64,000 bases of DNA from Candidatus Bathyarchaeota archaeon (GTDB lineage Archaea; Thermoproteota; Bathyarchaeia; Bathyarchaeales; Bathycorpusculaceae): positions 1 to 64,000 of the forward strand of contig CAVZKL010000009.1 in assembly GCA_963775895.1 (NCBI GenBank), in the 5' to 3' direction. The position numbers and the translations under genes were made by a program. Shown piece after piece: positions 38,159-48,520 of the stretch (position 1 is the first letter of the stretch; each line of letters starts with the position of its first letter). The notes under the pieces are model-generated. The model made no database searches and had not been told where the DNA came from. It saw nothing but the letters and a program-made list of their open reading frames with translations.

Positions 38159-39375
38159 TGAACAATGCTTTGAGCGTAATGATGTTCACATGGGAATTTC
38201 CGCCAAGAATCATTGGCGGGATCTCTCCGCACGTGTACTACCTCTCAAAGAGCCTCGCTAGAAACGGCGTCAAAGTGTACGTGGTGACTTGCGATTTTCC
38301 TGGAGCACCCCAGCACGAGGTCTTGGACGGAGTTGAAATCTTCCGCATAGACTCCTACAAGAATCCATCACCTGATTTTGCCACATGGGTCTACATGATG
38401 AACGTGAACATGCAAAAGGAAGCAGCAAGCATCATAAGAGGGTTGGATGGTAACATCGACATTCTTCACGCTCACGACTGGCTCGTTGCCACCACAGGAA
38501 TTGGCCTGAAACATGTGTTCAGAAAACCGCTCTTCGCCACGATGCACTCAACAGAAATCGGACGCCGAAACGGAATACACTACGATTATGAAAGGATGAT
38601 TCATGAAACAGAAGCGTGGCTTACGTACGAGGCTTGGAAGGTGATATGCTGCAGCGAATACATGGTTTCACACGTTCGCTGGGCCTTCGGGCTTCCGCCA
38701 GACAAACAGATAATGATACCAAACGGCGTTAACTCCGAGGTCTATGCTGGCATTGAAAAGCAGAATTTGACGCAGTTCAGAAGCAGGTTTGCTTTGCCAG
38801 ATGAGAAAATCGTGCTTTTCGTCGGCAGACTTGTGTATGAAAAAGGAGTTCATGTGCTGGTAAACGCCGCTCAAAAAGTGCTTGACAAGGTGAACGCCAA
38901 ATTTATCATCGTCGGCAACGGCTACATGAAAGAACAGTTGTCAGCTCTTGTTAAGAGCATGGGAATAGACAGTAAAATCATGTTCACGGGGTTCGTTGAC
39001 GACGAAACACTCAGGAAACTGCAGACGTGCGCTGATGTTTCGGTCGTGCCATCACTTTTTGAGCCGTTCGGAATAGTTGCACTCGAAGCCATGGCGGCGA
39101 AGAGTCCCGTAGTAGTTTCAGACACAGGGGGACTCGGAGAAATAGTCGACCATGACGTCGACGGAGTGAAGGTTTATGCAGGAAACCCGGACTCATTGGC
39201 ATGGGGAATTATCAGAGTCTTAACAGACGAACCCAAGGCAAATAATCTGAAAAACCGGGCGTACAAGAGAATTCAGGAAAAATACAGTTGGGACAGAATA
39301 GCCCTACAGACACAAGACTCTTACAAGAGTGTCTTGAACGAATACTCTAGGAGTTTCTGGGCTCAGAAAAACTGA
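38158..39375 (+). CDS. GT4 glycosyltransferase (alpha-glucan synthase-like)
   Basis: WEFPPRIIGG, HAHDW, VGRLVYEKG, EPFGIVALEAMA. Confidence 0.92.
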   Translation: MNNALSVMMFTWEFPPRIIGGISPHVYYLSKSLARNGVKVYVVTCDFPGAPQHEVLDGVEIFRIDSYKNPSPDFATWVYMMNVNMQKEAASIIRGLDGNIDILHAHDWLVATTGIGLKHVFRKPLFATMHSTEIGRRNGIHYDYERMIHETEAWLTYEAWKVICCSEYMVSHVRWAFGLPPDKQIMIPNGVNSEVYAGIEKQNLTQFRSRFALPDEKIVLFVGRLVYEKGVHVLVNAAQKVLDKVNAKFIIVGNGYMKEQLSALVKSMGIDSKIMFTGFVDDETLRKLQTCADVSVVPSLFEPFGIVALEAMAAKSPVVVSDTGGLGEIVDHDVDGVKVYAGNPDSLAWGIIRVLTDEPKANNLKNRAYKRIQEKYSWDRIALQTQDSYKSVLNEYSRSFWAQKN

Positions 39376-39387
39376 CCGACTGAACAT

Positions 39388-40341
39388 TCACGGGTACGTT
39401 AGCTTGATAGCACCATGCTCACATGCGTCAACGCATTTCATGCAGTATATGCATTCTGGATGACTGAACTTTTCCCAAGGAAGATCTAGTATCGGTACAC
39501 GAGTCGGACACACCAAAACACAAGAGCGACAACCGCCCTTCTCGCATTTGAACGGTTCACGGCGCAAGCCGATGAAGCTGAACGTGTTCATGAAAGCCAT
39601 TATGGCACCGTGCGGACAAAGGTATCTGCAGAAGCTTCGGGGTACATAGGCAGCGAAAACTAAAACTAAGATCACAATGGCAAATTGCACCCAAAAAAGT
39701 GGTGGTAAACCAGAAATCCCATTCAGAATGTCGGAGCCCACATTTGCGGAAATCTGAAAACTCGAGACCAATCGCGGTATGGTCGCAAACAAAGTTTCTG
39801 AAGGACTGAGAACCGTGAAAGGTGCTTGTGCAAAAACGCCCAGAGCATTCGCATAAGAGGAACCTGATCCGGTCAGTTTTGACGCTGAAAAGGTCCCACT
39901 GATAAACAGGGTCGCTGCAAGCACAAAATACTTGACGTAAACCATGGTGTCGTGAGTTCGCGCCGACACGTCCGTCTGTCTTCTGCGGAAGTATCCAACA
40001 AGATCCTGAACAAAACCGAAAGGACACATCCATCCACACAACGCTTTGCCGATCAACACACCCACTATTACGAAAGACGCTAGGGCAAGCCAAGGAAACA
40101 GTACATATGTGAGGTTCCACCCGCCAAGCATAAGTTGCATGGCAGTAAAGGCATCGCCCACAGTGTTTGTCTTCAGCCCCCAAGTCCATAAGACTGGAAA
40201 CAAAACTGCCAAGGCGCCCACGTTGAACACGATGGCACTGAAGAAGACGAATGACAATAGCTGCACTATTCTGCGAGGCGTGTTGTATTTCAATAGTCTT
40301 TGCCGAATGTTTTTGTCACTCAATCGCTTCGCCTTCTCCAT
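39388..40341 (-). CDS. Membrane 4Fe-4S protein (NapH/YccM family)
   Basis: CGWMCPFG, CRYLCPHGA, two C-terminal ferredoxin motifs, TM helices. Confidence 0.88.
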   Translation of the reverse strand: MEKAKRLSDKNIRQRLLKYNTPRRIVQLLSFVFFSAIVFNVGALAVLFPVLWTWGLKTNTVGDAFTAMQLMLGGWNLTYVLFPWLALASFVIVGVLIGKALCGWMCPFGFVQDLVGYFRRRQTDVSARTHDTMVYVKYFVLAATLFISGTFSASKLTGSGSSYANALGVFAQAPFTVLSPSETLFATIPRLVSSFQISANVGSDILNGISGLPPLFWVQFAIVILVLVFAAYVPRSFCRYLCPHGAIMAFMNTFSFIGLRREPFKCEKGGCRSCVLVCPTRVPILDLPWEKFSHPECIYCMKCVDACEHGAIKLTYP

Positions 40342-40493
40342 GCTCTAATGAAGGCCCGAGTTATTTATTTTCCGATGAGTTAAGCCTTTCTGAAAAATCT
40401 CAATGATTATGAATTGACAAAGCTATAGCCCGCAATAAAAAACTAACATTCGTAATTCGCTAAGACGCAAATATATGACTCATAAGAGGCTGT

Positions 40494-40832
40494 TTATGAC
40501 CCTTTGACCAGAAGCCTCATTTCAGTAACGAAGCTCGCCGTGTTTCGAGGCCTTTCAATTTGGAGTTTGCGTACTGACCCGTAGCTTGTCCAAATGTCTT
40601 CCAAGATCTTGCCCTCTATGACATATGCGCCGGATTTGCAGAAGTCCTCAAGACCCTTGGCGAACAACTCCAGCTTTTCGCCTATCTCATCCCGTTTTAC
40701 CGAGTAGTTCCTTTCCAAGTGCTTGTAGATCAGAAGAGTAGCTTCTTTTCCGAATATCTGCGTGAGGACTCGGTCTATGACCTTTGAGATTTTATCGTCT
40801 TTTGCAGCTGCTTGCTTCGTTAGGACTTGCAT
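40494..40832 (-). CDS. Hypothetical protein
   Basis: IDRVLTQIFG...IYKHLE...FAKGLE...GAYVIE pattern typical of small TACK proteins. Confidence 0.7.
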   Translation of the reverse strand: MQVLTKQAAAKDDKISKVIDRVLTQIFGKEATLLIYKHLERNYSVKRDEIGEKLELFAKGLEDFCKSGAYVIEGKILEDIWTSYGSVRKLQIERPRNTASFVTEMRLLVKGS

Positions 40833-40924
40833 TGGACTACCAGCACGTATCTTGTCTATTACGACTTAATAAGTCTTGTCGTACGTCTGTTTTACACATC
40901 TACAGAAAAACCACGGTCACAAGC

Positions 40925-42214
40925 CTACAAAGTGAAGTCTCCAAGATTCAACTGTTGAACTCTTTTGGAGACTATTTTGGTTTCAGAGTGTTTCTCTGCG
41001 AGCACTAGCTGCCCGTAGACTCCATCATAACCAGGGATGACTTTGGCTTTCCGCTCGCGCACTCTCACGACGACGTCGGCAATCTCGTCGCCTGCAACCT
41101 CGCGCAACTGTTCTCGTGGAGCATCGATAACAACGGCATATTCGTTGCCAAACTTTGCCACAAGCGAATTGTAGATACTCCACACCTTCTGAGTGTAGGG
41201 AGAGTCCGAACCCAAGACCGTTGCAATTATCTCCGAAAGAGGCAACAAGCGCATGAAACCTATGGCTCCCTCAGGAGTGAAACCTTCGGGTCTGTCAGCC
41301 AACTCTTCGACCCGTTGTTCAACGCCTTTCGTAAGTTTCTTGCGACACACTGGGCAGATGTTCGCAAACTTGGTCGCTTCCTTCGATGAAAGAGACACAT
41401 TGCAATTTCTATGCCCAGTCCAATGATATTTCCCATAAGCCGGGTCTGTTTCTATCGTGAATCTAAACCGTAAAGGATCCTTTAGCTTAATAGCTTCGGT
41501 AATCTGCTCATAGCTTGCCTTTTTCAATTCGAAGACGTTGGACTCCCGTCCCATACGCCACGGCCAGAAGCTGTGACTGTCACTGTTGGATACCAATGCG
41601 AATTTGTCAAGCTTACTAAGGCGCCAGTTCATCGGGGGGTCGGAAGAGAGCCCTGTCTCTATAGCGTGAATGTGCTTGGTCATATCTTCGTAACATTCTT
41701 CAACACTTTCAAAACCGCTGAACGCACCGAAGATGCTGAACCATGGTGTCCAAGCATGAGCTGGAAAAATCATGTTAGCCGATGACGATTCCATGACCTC
41801 CTCAACTAGATTCGAAGCTGAAATGTTAAGCGTGGGCCTGCCGTCAATTCCCAAGTTTCCGTGCTTTGAAAGCCCATCGTTGATTTGTGCAGCAGCCTCG
41901 AGACTCGGCGAGAGTATGACATGGTGAACTTTCTTAACGTCGTTCTTGTGTTGGAAAATGGTGCAGACTTCAGTGGTTATCATGAAACGCACGGTTGGCG
42001 AGCTGTTATCTTTGAGTCTGTAAAGATGCGTATCCACATCTGGAACAAGGTTGTTGCGAAGCTCCTCAAACCATCGTGGGTGCGTGAAATCTCCTGTCCC
42101 CACAACGTTAAGACCCTTGATCTGTGCAAAACGTGCTATTTCTGAAACGCACATTCTTTCACTGGTCGCACGACTATAAGGGCCGTGAATGTGCAGATCA
42201 GCAATTACTCTCAA
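40925..42214 (-). CDS. Endonuclease Q family (PHP domain plus Zn finger)
   Basis: ADLHIH..YSRATS, GTGD, PAHAWTP, ETGLSSD, SNSDSHS, GKYH..GHRNC, CPVC; start TTG 42214 after GGTGA. Confidence 0.9.
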   Translation of the reverse strand: MRVIADLHIHGPYSRATSERMCVSEIARFAQIKGLNVVGTGDFTHPRWFEELRNNLVPDVDTHLYRLKDNSSPTVRFMITTEVCTIFQHKNDVKKVHHVILSPSLEAAAQINDGLSKHGNLGIDGRPTLNISASNLVEEVMESSSANMIFPAHAWTPWFSIFGAFSGFESVEECYEDMTKHIHAIETGLSSDPPMNWRLSKLDKFALVSNSDSHSFWPWRMGRESNVFELKKASYEQITEAIKLKDPLRFRFTIETDPAYGKYHWTGHRNCNVSLSSKEATKFANICPVCRKKLTKGVEQRVEELADRPEGFTPEGAIGFMRLLPLSEIIATVLGSDSPYTQKVWSIYNSLVAKFGNEYAVVIDAPREQLREVAGDEIADVVVRVRERKAKVIPGYDGVYGQLVLAEKHSETKIVSKRVQQLNLGDFTL

Positions 42215-42540
42215 ATCATTCACCCATCCTACACTAGTCGTGTTTTCGTGAATACACGTTCCACGAGTTTTCCTGCATCTCCTTACAGTAGAATAGCGGT
42301 CATGAAAGTTATACGATTTGCGCGCAGAGAATGAAGAACAGCAGAATTCAATGAACCTACTTCCCTGAAAATACGCTCTAAGCCCTCGAATCCTACCAAG
42401 CAACTGCAATGCTAAGAAGCACGCGTCACGCCTCTCGGGTACCTCGTGAATCAGAACGTATACCAATTGAACCATGGTGGCATCAGACTTAAATCAAGCC
42501 CGCAACTAAGAACAACAAGATTCTTCCAAGAGGTTTAGGA

Positions 42541-43068
42541 TTGGCATCGAAAAAAGAGCCTATCTGGATAGCAAGAGAACTATCGAAATGTAGCGGATGC
42601 AGAAAATGCGAAATTGCATGCTCACTCTTCCATGAGAACCGAATTTGGCCCACAGCTTCAAGAATAACAGTCTTCATGCTGGCTCCCGGGTTGGAGTTCC
42701 CACACTTCTGTGCGCAATGCGAAGATTATCCATGTGTTGGATCATGCCCGACCAAAGCCCTCTCGATAAGCAAGAAAACAGGCGCCGTACTCGTCGACAA
42801 CAAAAACTGCGTCGCCTGCGGCAAGTGCATAGTCGCCTGCCCTGGCAGAATCCCCCATATGCATCCTAGGGAGAAACACATCGTCATCTGCGATCTGTGC
42901 AATGGTGACCCACAATGCGTGAAAGCCTGCCGCGAAGGAAACTGGAACGTGCTCAAAACCGTCCCGAGAAACGAAGACGGCAACAAACTCTACGCAAGGA
43001 AGCCAGAAGAAATAGCCAGAGATCTGGGCGCCAAGATCTATGGAGACCAAGCGGAGGAATACTTGTGA
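42541..43068 (+). CDS. Polyferredoxin-like Fe-S subunit of the adjacent oxidoreductase
   Basis: Four Cys clusters: CSGCRKC..AC, CAQC...PC...C, CVACGKC...C, CDLC...C...C. Confidence 0.92.
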   Translation: MASKKEPIWIARELSKCSGCRKCEIACSLFHENRIWPTASRITVFMLAPGLEFPHFCAQCEDYPCVGSCPTKALSISKKTGAVLVDNKNCVACGKCIVACPGRIPHMHPREKHIVICDLCNGDPQCVKACREGNWNVLKTVPRNEDGNKLYARKPEEIARDLGAKIYGDQAEEYL

Positions 43069-43070
43069 TT

Positions 43071-45068
43071 ATGGGATATGCAGGCAAGTTTCTCGACGTT
43101 AATCTATCAACCCAAACCATCAGAGAAACAAAGTTCAGCGACGAGATACTCGAAGATTACGTTGGCGGCAGAGGCCTTGCCACAAAAATCCTCTGGGACA
43201 GAATTGGCAAAAAATGGGACAGAATAGACCCACTCGGACCCGACAACCTTCTGTTATTTCTAACGGGACCGTTAACGGGATATTATCCGGGAGGGAGAAC
43301 ATGCGTTTCAGGCAAGTCGCCTCAGAGCAATGGAGTCGTAGGCTCCACCCTTTCTGGCGAATTCGGCGTCGAATTGAGATGCGCCGGATACGATGGTATA
43401 ATCGTGAGCGGAGAATCGGCGAAACCCGTTTACTTGTTCATCAAGGATGCTGACGTTGAACTTCGAGACGCTAGCCACTTCTGGGGTAAAAATGGAAAAC
43501 AAACAGTAGCAACGTTGACAAAAGAATGCAGAGGGCTTCTGAAAAAAAAGTATCCTCTGTTTGGCGAATGGAAAGAACCTGCAATGCTCTACACGGGGCC
43601 TGCTGGAGAGAAAAAAGTCAGAACTGCTGTTGTCATGACAAAATGGTCCCATGCGGCAGGCTACGGGGGCTACGGCGCAGTAATGGGCACAAAAAAACTC
43701 AAAGCGGTGGTCGCAAGAGGAACTGGCCCGCTGCCAGAAGCGGCGGATATCCGCAGAGTTAAGAGATTAATCAGGATCATATGCAAGAACGTGTACAAAT
43801 CGGAAATGTGGCGAAGATGGGGAACCGCAAGTGCAGGTTACGTCGTGGGAGCCAAACTGAGTTCAGAACCCGTTCGCAACTGGCAAGAAGAATGGCATGA
43901 CGAAAAGAGCTTCGGTGTCGACAAGTTCGAAAACCGGCTCTGGGTCAAACAGTACTGGGGTGATTTCGGCTGTCCAACCACCTGTCTAAAACTCTCAGTC
44001 GTCAAGAATGGCAAGTACAAAGGAGCAATCACGGACAACCCGGACTACGAGTTGCAGGCATACTTGGGGCCCAACTTGGGGATATTCACGCCTGAAGAGA
44101 ACGTTTTTCTATCGTCACTGATCGATGATCTAGGACTCTGCGGCATACAAACAGGAAATGTAATGGCGTTTACTGCCGAACTGTTCCAAAAAGGAATTTT
44201 GACCAAAGAGGATCTGGGTGGCTTGGAGCCAAAATGGGGCGATACCGACGCTTTCGCTGAATTGGCAAAGAGAATAGCCACTCGAAAAGGAATAGGGGAT
44301 GTATTGGCAGAAGGAACTTACCGTGCGGCACTGAAGATCGGAAAGATGAAGAAAAAGGATCTGCTTGCTTACGCGGTGCAAGCTAAAGGCATAGCAATCG
44401 GCGCTCACGGTATACGCAGCGGCAAAGATTATCCTGAAACAATCTCATACGCATGCTCGGTGCAATGTGGGGATCACACCTCAACGACAGGACTGCCACT
44501 GGACAAGAACAGTGAACTAATCGAGATCTTCAACGATTCAGGAGTCTACTGCGACTTTAACTGCTTCTCGGTTCCGAAGAACGCAAGATTTGACCTCTAC
44601 TCAGCCGTAACTGGCCTAAGATTGACTCTGAAAGAGTGGGTGAAAACCAAGGCGCGGAAGACTCTTCACCTTCAGAGAACCCTTCTTCTTCTAGGCGGTC
44701 CGGACACGAAATGGAACCCCACGATAGACGACGATAACCCTCCAAGGTTCTATGAACCCTTGCCTTCAGGTCCCTACAAAGGAAAAACAGCTGACAAAAC
44801 CGCGATCGAAGAATACAAAAGCAGGTACTACAAAGCAGTCGATTGGGACGAACACGGCATCCCAACTAGAAAAGCTCTAGAGAAACTTGGTTTGAAAGAC
44901 GTAGATCTAGTACTGGAGAAAGTTCGAAAGAGCAGCCCAGTGAAGACTGCCCGAATTGAAAAAAGAAGAAAGGAACTGAAACTCAGATTATATGGAGTTC
45001 TTTTCCGATTTTCTCGAAAGCGTTTATGGCGAAATCGAGATCCTTCTTGGTTAACGCTGCGTTCATGA
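43071..45068 (+). CDS. Tungsten aldehyde:ferredoxin oxidoreductase family protein
   Basis: GYAGKFLDVNLS, GGRG, KSP, GAVMGTKKLKA, DDLGLC; real start ATG 43071; C-terminal extension suspect. Confidence 0.92.
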   Translation: MGYAGKFLDVNLSTQTIRETKFSDEILEDYVGGRGLATKILWDRIGKKWDRIDPLGPDNLLLFLTGPLTGYYPGGRTCVSGKSPQSNGVVGSTLSGEFGVELRCAGYDGIIVSGESAKPVYLFIKDADVELRDASHFWGKNGKQTVATLTKECRGLLKKKYPLFGEWKEPAMLYTGPAGEKKVRTAVVMTKWSHAAGYGGYGAVMGTKKLKAVVARGTGPLPEAADIRRVKRLIRIICKNVYKSEMWRRWGTASAGYVVGAKLSSEPVRNWQEEWHDEKSFGVDKFENRLWVKQYWGDFGCPTTCLKLSVVKNGKYKGAITDNPDYELQAYLGPNLGIFTPEENVFLSSLIDDLGLCGIQTGNVMAFTAELFQKGILTKEDLGGLEPKWGDTDAFAELAKRIATRKGIGDVLAEGTYRAALKIGKMKKKDLLAYAVQAKGIAIGAHGIRSGKDYPETISYACSVQCGDHTSTTGLPLDKNSELIEIFNDSGVYCDFNCFSVPKNARFDLYSAVTGLRLTLKEWVKTKARKTLHLQRTLLLLGGPDTKWNPTIDDDNPPRFYEPLPSGPYKGKTADKTAIEEYKSRYYKAVDWDEHGIPTRKALEKLGLKDVDLVLEKVRKSSPVKTARIEKRRKELKLRLYGVLFRFSRKRLWRNRDPSWLTLRS

Positions 45069-46176
45069 TTGTCCGTATTCTGGCCTTGTCTCTTGCAACC
45101 ATCGGGAAAACAATGGGCAATGCAAATATTCCCTCTTCGAAGAGTCGACTGCTCAGTCTCTTGGCTAGACCGCTTTCGCCAACGATGACCGGCGTGATTG
45201 GCGTTTCACTGTTTCCTATGTTGAAGCCCAGATCTTTCATAGCCTTCTTGAAACTCCTAGTGTTTTCCCAGAGTGTCCGCACATGCTGAGGCTCGCTTTC
45301 TAATACGTCCACTGCAGCTATGCATGCGGCTGCCACGGCTGGCGGATGTGATCCGCTGAGGAGCCACGTTCGTGACTTGTTGTAGGCGAAGTTGAAGAGG
45401 TCCTTTGACCCTGATACGTGTCCGCCTACTACGCCGAAGGCCTTTGAAAACGTGCCCATTTCCACTTGGACTTCGTCGCGACCGAGTTTGAAGTGCGAAA
45501 CTATTCCTCTGCCGCCTTCACCCAGCACTCCTTCACCGTGAGCATCATCGACGTAGACCATTGCGCCATGCTCGGCAGCGATTTTAGCGATCCGATCAAG
45601 CGGAGCGATGTCTCCGTCCATCGAGAATACGCCGTCGGTGATTACCAGAATTCGCCTGTAGGGTGGTGAGTGCTTCTCTGCTTCGTCCAAGACGCGTGCC
45701 AGATCATTCGCGTCAGAGTGCTTGTAAACGGCCCTTTCGGCGTGCGCGAGCCGAACACCGTCAATTATGCTGCCGTGATTGAGTTCATCGCTGATTATCA
45801 AATCCTCTTTGCCAACTAGCTGTGGAATCAATCCAGCATTTGCCGCGAAACCCGTCTGATAAACAAGTGAGGCTTCGGCGTGCTTGAATTTTGCGAGGCG
45901 CTTCTCTAACTCGACGTGTAAGTCCATTGTTCCTGCGATAGGTCTTACCGATCCAGATCCTGCGCCGTGCGTTTGGACAGCCTTGAGCGCGGCTTCTTTA
46001 AGCTTGGGATGGTTGCTGAGTCCAAGATAGTTGTTGGAGCAGAACATCAGAACTTTCTTTCCGTCAACAGTGCACCAAGGAGTGCTTGGACCTTGTAGAA
46101 CTCGGATTTTCCAGTCAAGTTCGCTCTTCACCAGTGCTTCATATTCTTCGCGCAGAAATCCTGTTGGGTTTCTCAT
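44983..46176 (-). CDS. kbl: Glycine C-acetyltransferase (2-amino-3-ketobutyrate CoA ligase)
   Basis: SNNYLGL, DELNHGSIIDG, DGVFSMDG, DDAHG, GTFSKA; downstream of tdh. Confidence 0.88.
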   Translation of the reverse strand: MRNPTGFLREEYEALVKSELDWKIRVLQGPSTPWCTVDGKKVLMFCSNNYLGLSNHPKLKEAALKAVQTHGAGSGSVRPIAGTMDLHVELEKRLAKFKHAEASLVYQTGFAANAGLIPQLVGKEDLIISDELNHGSIIDGVRLAHAERAVYKHSDANDLARVLDEAEKHSPPYRRILVITDGVFSMDGDIAPLDRIAKIAAEHGAMVYVDDAHGEGVLGEGGRGIVSHFKLGRDEVQVEMGTFSKAFGVVGGHVSGSKDLFNFAYNKSRTWLLSGSHPPAVAAACIAAVDVLESEPQHVRTLWENTRSFKKAMKDLGFNIGNSETPITPVIVGESGLAKRLSSRLFEEGIFALPIVFPMVARDKARIRTIMNAALTKKDLDFAINAFEKIGKELHII

Positions 46177-46240
46177 GTTTGTCCTTCCGTTTTTGCTGTA
46201 TTTTTTGTTCTCCTTCACTTAACTCTTTCTCGCTGAATTG

Positions 46241-47218
46241 CTAAAGTTTGCCATCAGCAAACTTTTTTGACAGTTTCTCTATCATGTCTTTGGTCATTCT
46301 GCGCAAGTCGTAGACGGGTTTGTGGCCCCAGTCTCGACGAGCGGTGCTGTCATCGATGGACATCGGCCACGAGTCAGCAATCTTCTGCCTGAAGTCGGGT
46401 TTGTAAGTACATTTGAACTCCGGAATGTGCTTTTTGATTTCTGCTGCCAATTCAGCCGCAGAAAAGCTCATTGCCGTTAGATTGTAGCTATCGTGACGTT
46501 TCACTTGTGAAGGGTCAGCTTCCATGAGGTCTATGGTCGCTTTGACGCAGTCGGGCATGTACATCATAGGCAAAACCGTGTCCTCACGCACGAAACACGT
46601 GTATTGCTTCTTTTTTATTGCCTCATAGAATATTCCCACCGCGTAGTCCGTGGTTCCCCCTCCCGGAGGGGTCTCACTGCTTATTATGCCTGGGTAACGC
46701 AGTCCTCTAACGTCTAGGCCAAACTTCGCGAAGTAGTAATTGCAGAGAAGTTCTCCTGCAACTTTGGCCACTCCGTAAATTGTTGTGGGGATCAACACCG
46801 TCTCTTGGGGCGTATTAACTCGAGGCGCAGTTGGCCCAAAGACGGCGATTGAACTCGGCCAGAAAACTCGCGTCAACCTCTGTTCTCTCGCAGTCTCCAA
46901 AATGTTGTAGAGGCTGCCCATGTTCACGTTCCAAGCGAGTTGCGGGTCTTGTTCTCCGGTTGCAGAAAGAATGCCGGCCAAATGGTAGATTGTGTCTACG
47001 TCGTATTTCTCAACCGCTTCTTTGACTTTTTCTTTTTGACTGGTATCGATGACTTCGAAGGGGCCTGAATTCATCAGCGCGTCAGTCGGTTTCCTCTTGT
47101 GACCTGCCGCAATAACGTTCTCGTTGCCGTATTTCTTTCTCAAAGCAGGGGTGAGTTCTGAACCTATCTGGCCAGTGGCGCCCGTCACGAGAAGCTTTTT
47201 CATGTTCCGCCTGACCAT
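46241..47218 (-). CDS. tdh: SDR-type L-threonine 3-dehydrogenase
   Basis: GATGQIG, LSATGE, SSIA, YGVAK, PGGGTTDYA, RQKIADSWP. Confidence 0.88.
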   Translation of the reverse strand: MVRRNMKKLLVTGATGQIGSELTPALRKKYGNENVIAAGHKRKPTDALMNSGPFEVIDTSQKEKVKEAVEKYDVDTIYHLAGILSATGEQDPQLAWNVNMGSLYNILETAREQRLTRVFWPSSIAVFGPTAPRVNTPQETVLIPTTIYGVAKVAGELLCNYYFAKFGLDVRGLRYPGIISSETPPGGGTTDYAVGIFYEAIKKKQYTCFVREDTVLPMMYMPDCVKATIDLMEADPSQVKRHDSYNLTAMSFSAAELAAEIKKHIPEFKCTYKPDFRQKIADSWPMSIDDSTARRDWGHKPVYDLRRMTKDMIEKLSKKFADGKL

Positions 47219-47376
47219 CTGACGTTCTCCTTTTGTGAGCAACGGTCTAAGATTTCTAGATATAAGAGTTTTCAGACCAAACAGGCTTTTCCACTATTCT
47301 TGAACGGCTTAGTCAACCTCACCATTTACCCAGAATATTCCTGAATGATAAACGGTTTATACCCGCTCTTCTTCAT

Positions 47377-48510
47377 TTGAAGATGACTGAAATGCTTCTA
47401 GGTTTCATCGTTAATCCAATAGCAGGAATGGGAGGTAAAGTGGGACTCAAAGGAACAGATGACGTGCTGAACGAAGCAATATCCAAAGGAGCAACGCCCA
47501 TAGCGCCAGCCAGAGCCATCGAGTTCCTTGAGAAGCTGAAAAAGAATCTGAACGGAGAGTCCATTGAAGTCATCACCTGCCCCGGCATAATGGGTGAAAA
47601 CGAAGCGAGAACTGCGGGCTTCAAGGTCAAAATCCTTCCTATGAAAATCAGAGAAAGAACCACAGCGAGGGACACGAAAACCGCGGTTGACCGTTTAATA
47701 ACCTCAGAAGCGGACTTGATAGTGTTCGTCGGCGGAGACGGAACAGCGAAAGACATCTTCGACGCGATGCAAAGGCGTCGCCAAACACCCGTGCTCGGCG
47801 TACCTTCCGGGGTGAAAATGTACAGCGGCATCTTTGCAGTCAACCCCACGGACGCAGTGGAAGTGGTCCTAGCCTATGCACAGGGGCGTGCAAAACCAAC
47901 GGACTTGGAAATAATGGATTCTGACGAGAAAGCAATACGGGACGATGTCTTCGCCGTGAAACTTCACGGCTTCTTGAAAGCGCCGTTTCTTCCGGCGCAC
48001 ATTCAAGGGAGCAAAGAGGTGAGTCCCGACACTGACGACGAAGCTGACAATCAGAAGGCAATCGCTAAATTCATAATGGAGGAATTGCCTCGTCGAGCGA
48101 CTTTGATTCTCGGTCCTGGAACCACCGTAAAACATGTTGCAGAAATGTTAGGAGTCAAGAAAACGGTTTTAGGAGTTGACGTCTATCAAAACGGACAAGT
48201 TGCTCTTGACGTTGACGAAAAGGAGATTCTGAACCTGATCAAGAGTTGGGAAAACACTTGGATTGTTCTTTCGCCGATCGGACACCAGGGTATACTGTTG
48301 GGAAGAGGAAACCAGCAGATAAGCCCCAGCATAATTGAGAAAGTCGGAAAAGCCCGAATCATCGTTGCGGCAACGAAAAGCAAACTGCAGAATATTGAAG
48401 GCAAAGTCTTGCGGGTTGACACAGGCGATGGTGAGACGGACAAAATGCTCAGAGGCTACGTCAGAGTGGTCACCGATTACAGAGAATGGAGATTGATGCA
48501 AATTCTTTAG
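47377..48510 (+). CDS. ATP-NAD kinase family protein
   Basis: NPIAGMGG..GLKGTD, GGDGT, GVKM.SG, LGRGNQQ. Confidence 0.85.
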   Translation: MKMTEMLLGFIVNPIAGMGGKVGLKGTDDVLNEAISKGATPIAPARAIEFLEKLKKNLNGESIEVITCPGIMGENEARTAGFKVKILPMKIRERTTARDTKTAVDRLITSEADLIVFVGGDGTAKDIFDAMQRRRQTPVLGVPSGVKMYSGIFAVNPTDAVEVVLAYAQGRAKPTDLEIMDSDEKAIRDDVFAVKLHGFLKAPFLPAHIQGSKEVSPDTDDEADNQKAIAKFIMEELPRRATLILGPGTTVKHVAEMLGVKKTVLGVDVYQNGQVALDVDEKEILNLIKSWENTWIVLSPIGHQGILLGRGNQQISPSIIEKVGKARIIVAATKSKLQNIEGKVLRVDTGDGETDKMLRGYVRVVTDYREWRLMQIL

Positions 48511-48520
48511 CGCGTTTGTG

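Noticed and set aside
42215-42475. Long N-terminal extension of EndoQ (and the 42915 start for the AOR)
   Set aside because: No domain character; conserved starts are at 42214 and 43071.
44940-45068. 86-bp antisense overlap of the AOR tail with kbl as a functional feature
   Set aside because: The tail looks non-homologous; a lost stop or another indel near 44940 is more likely given the error pattern.
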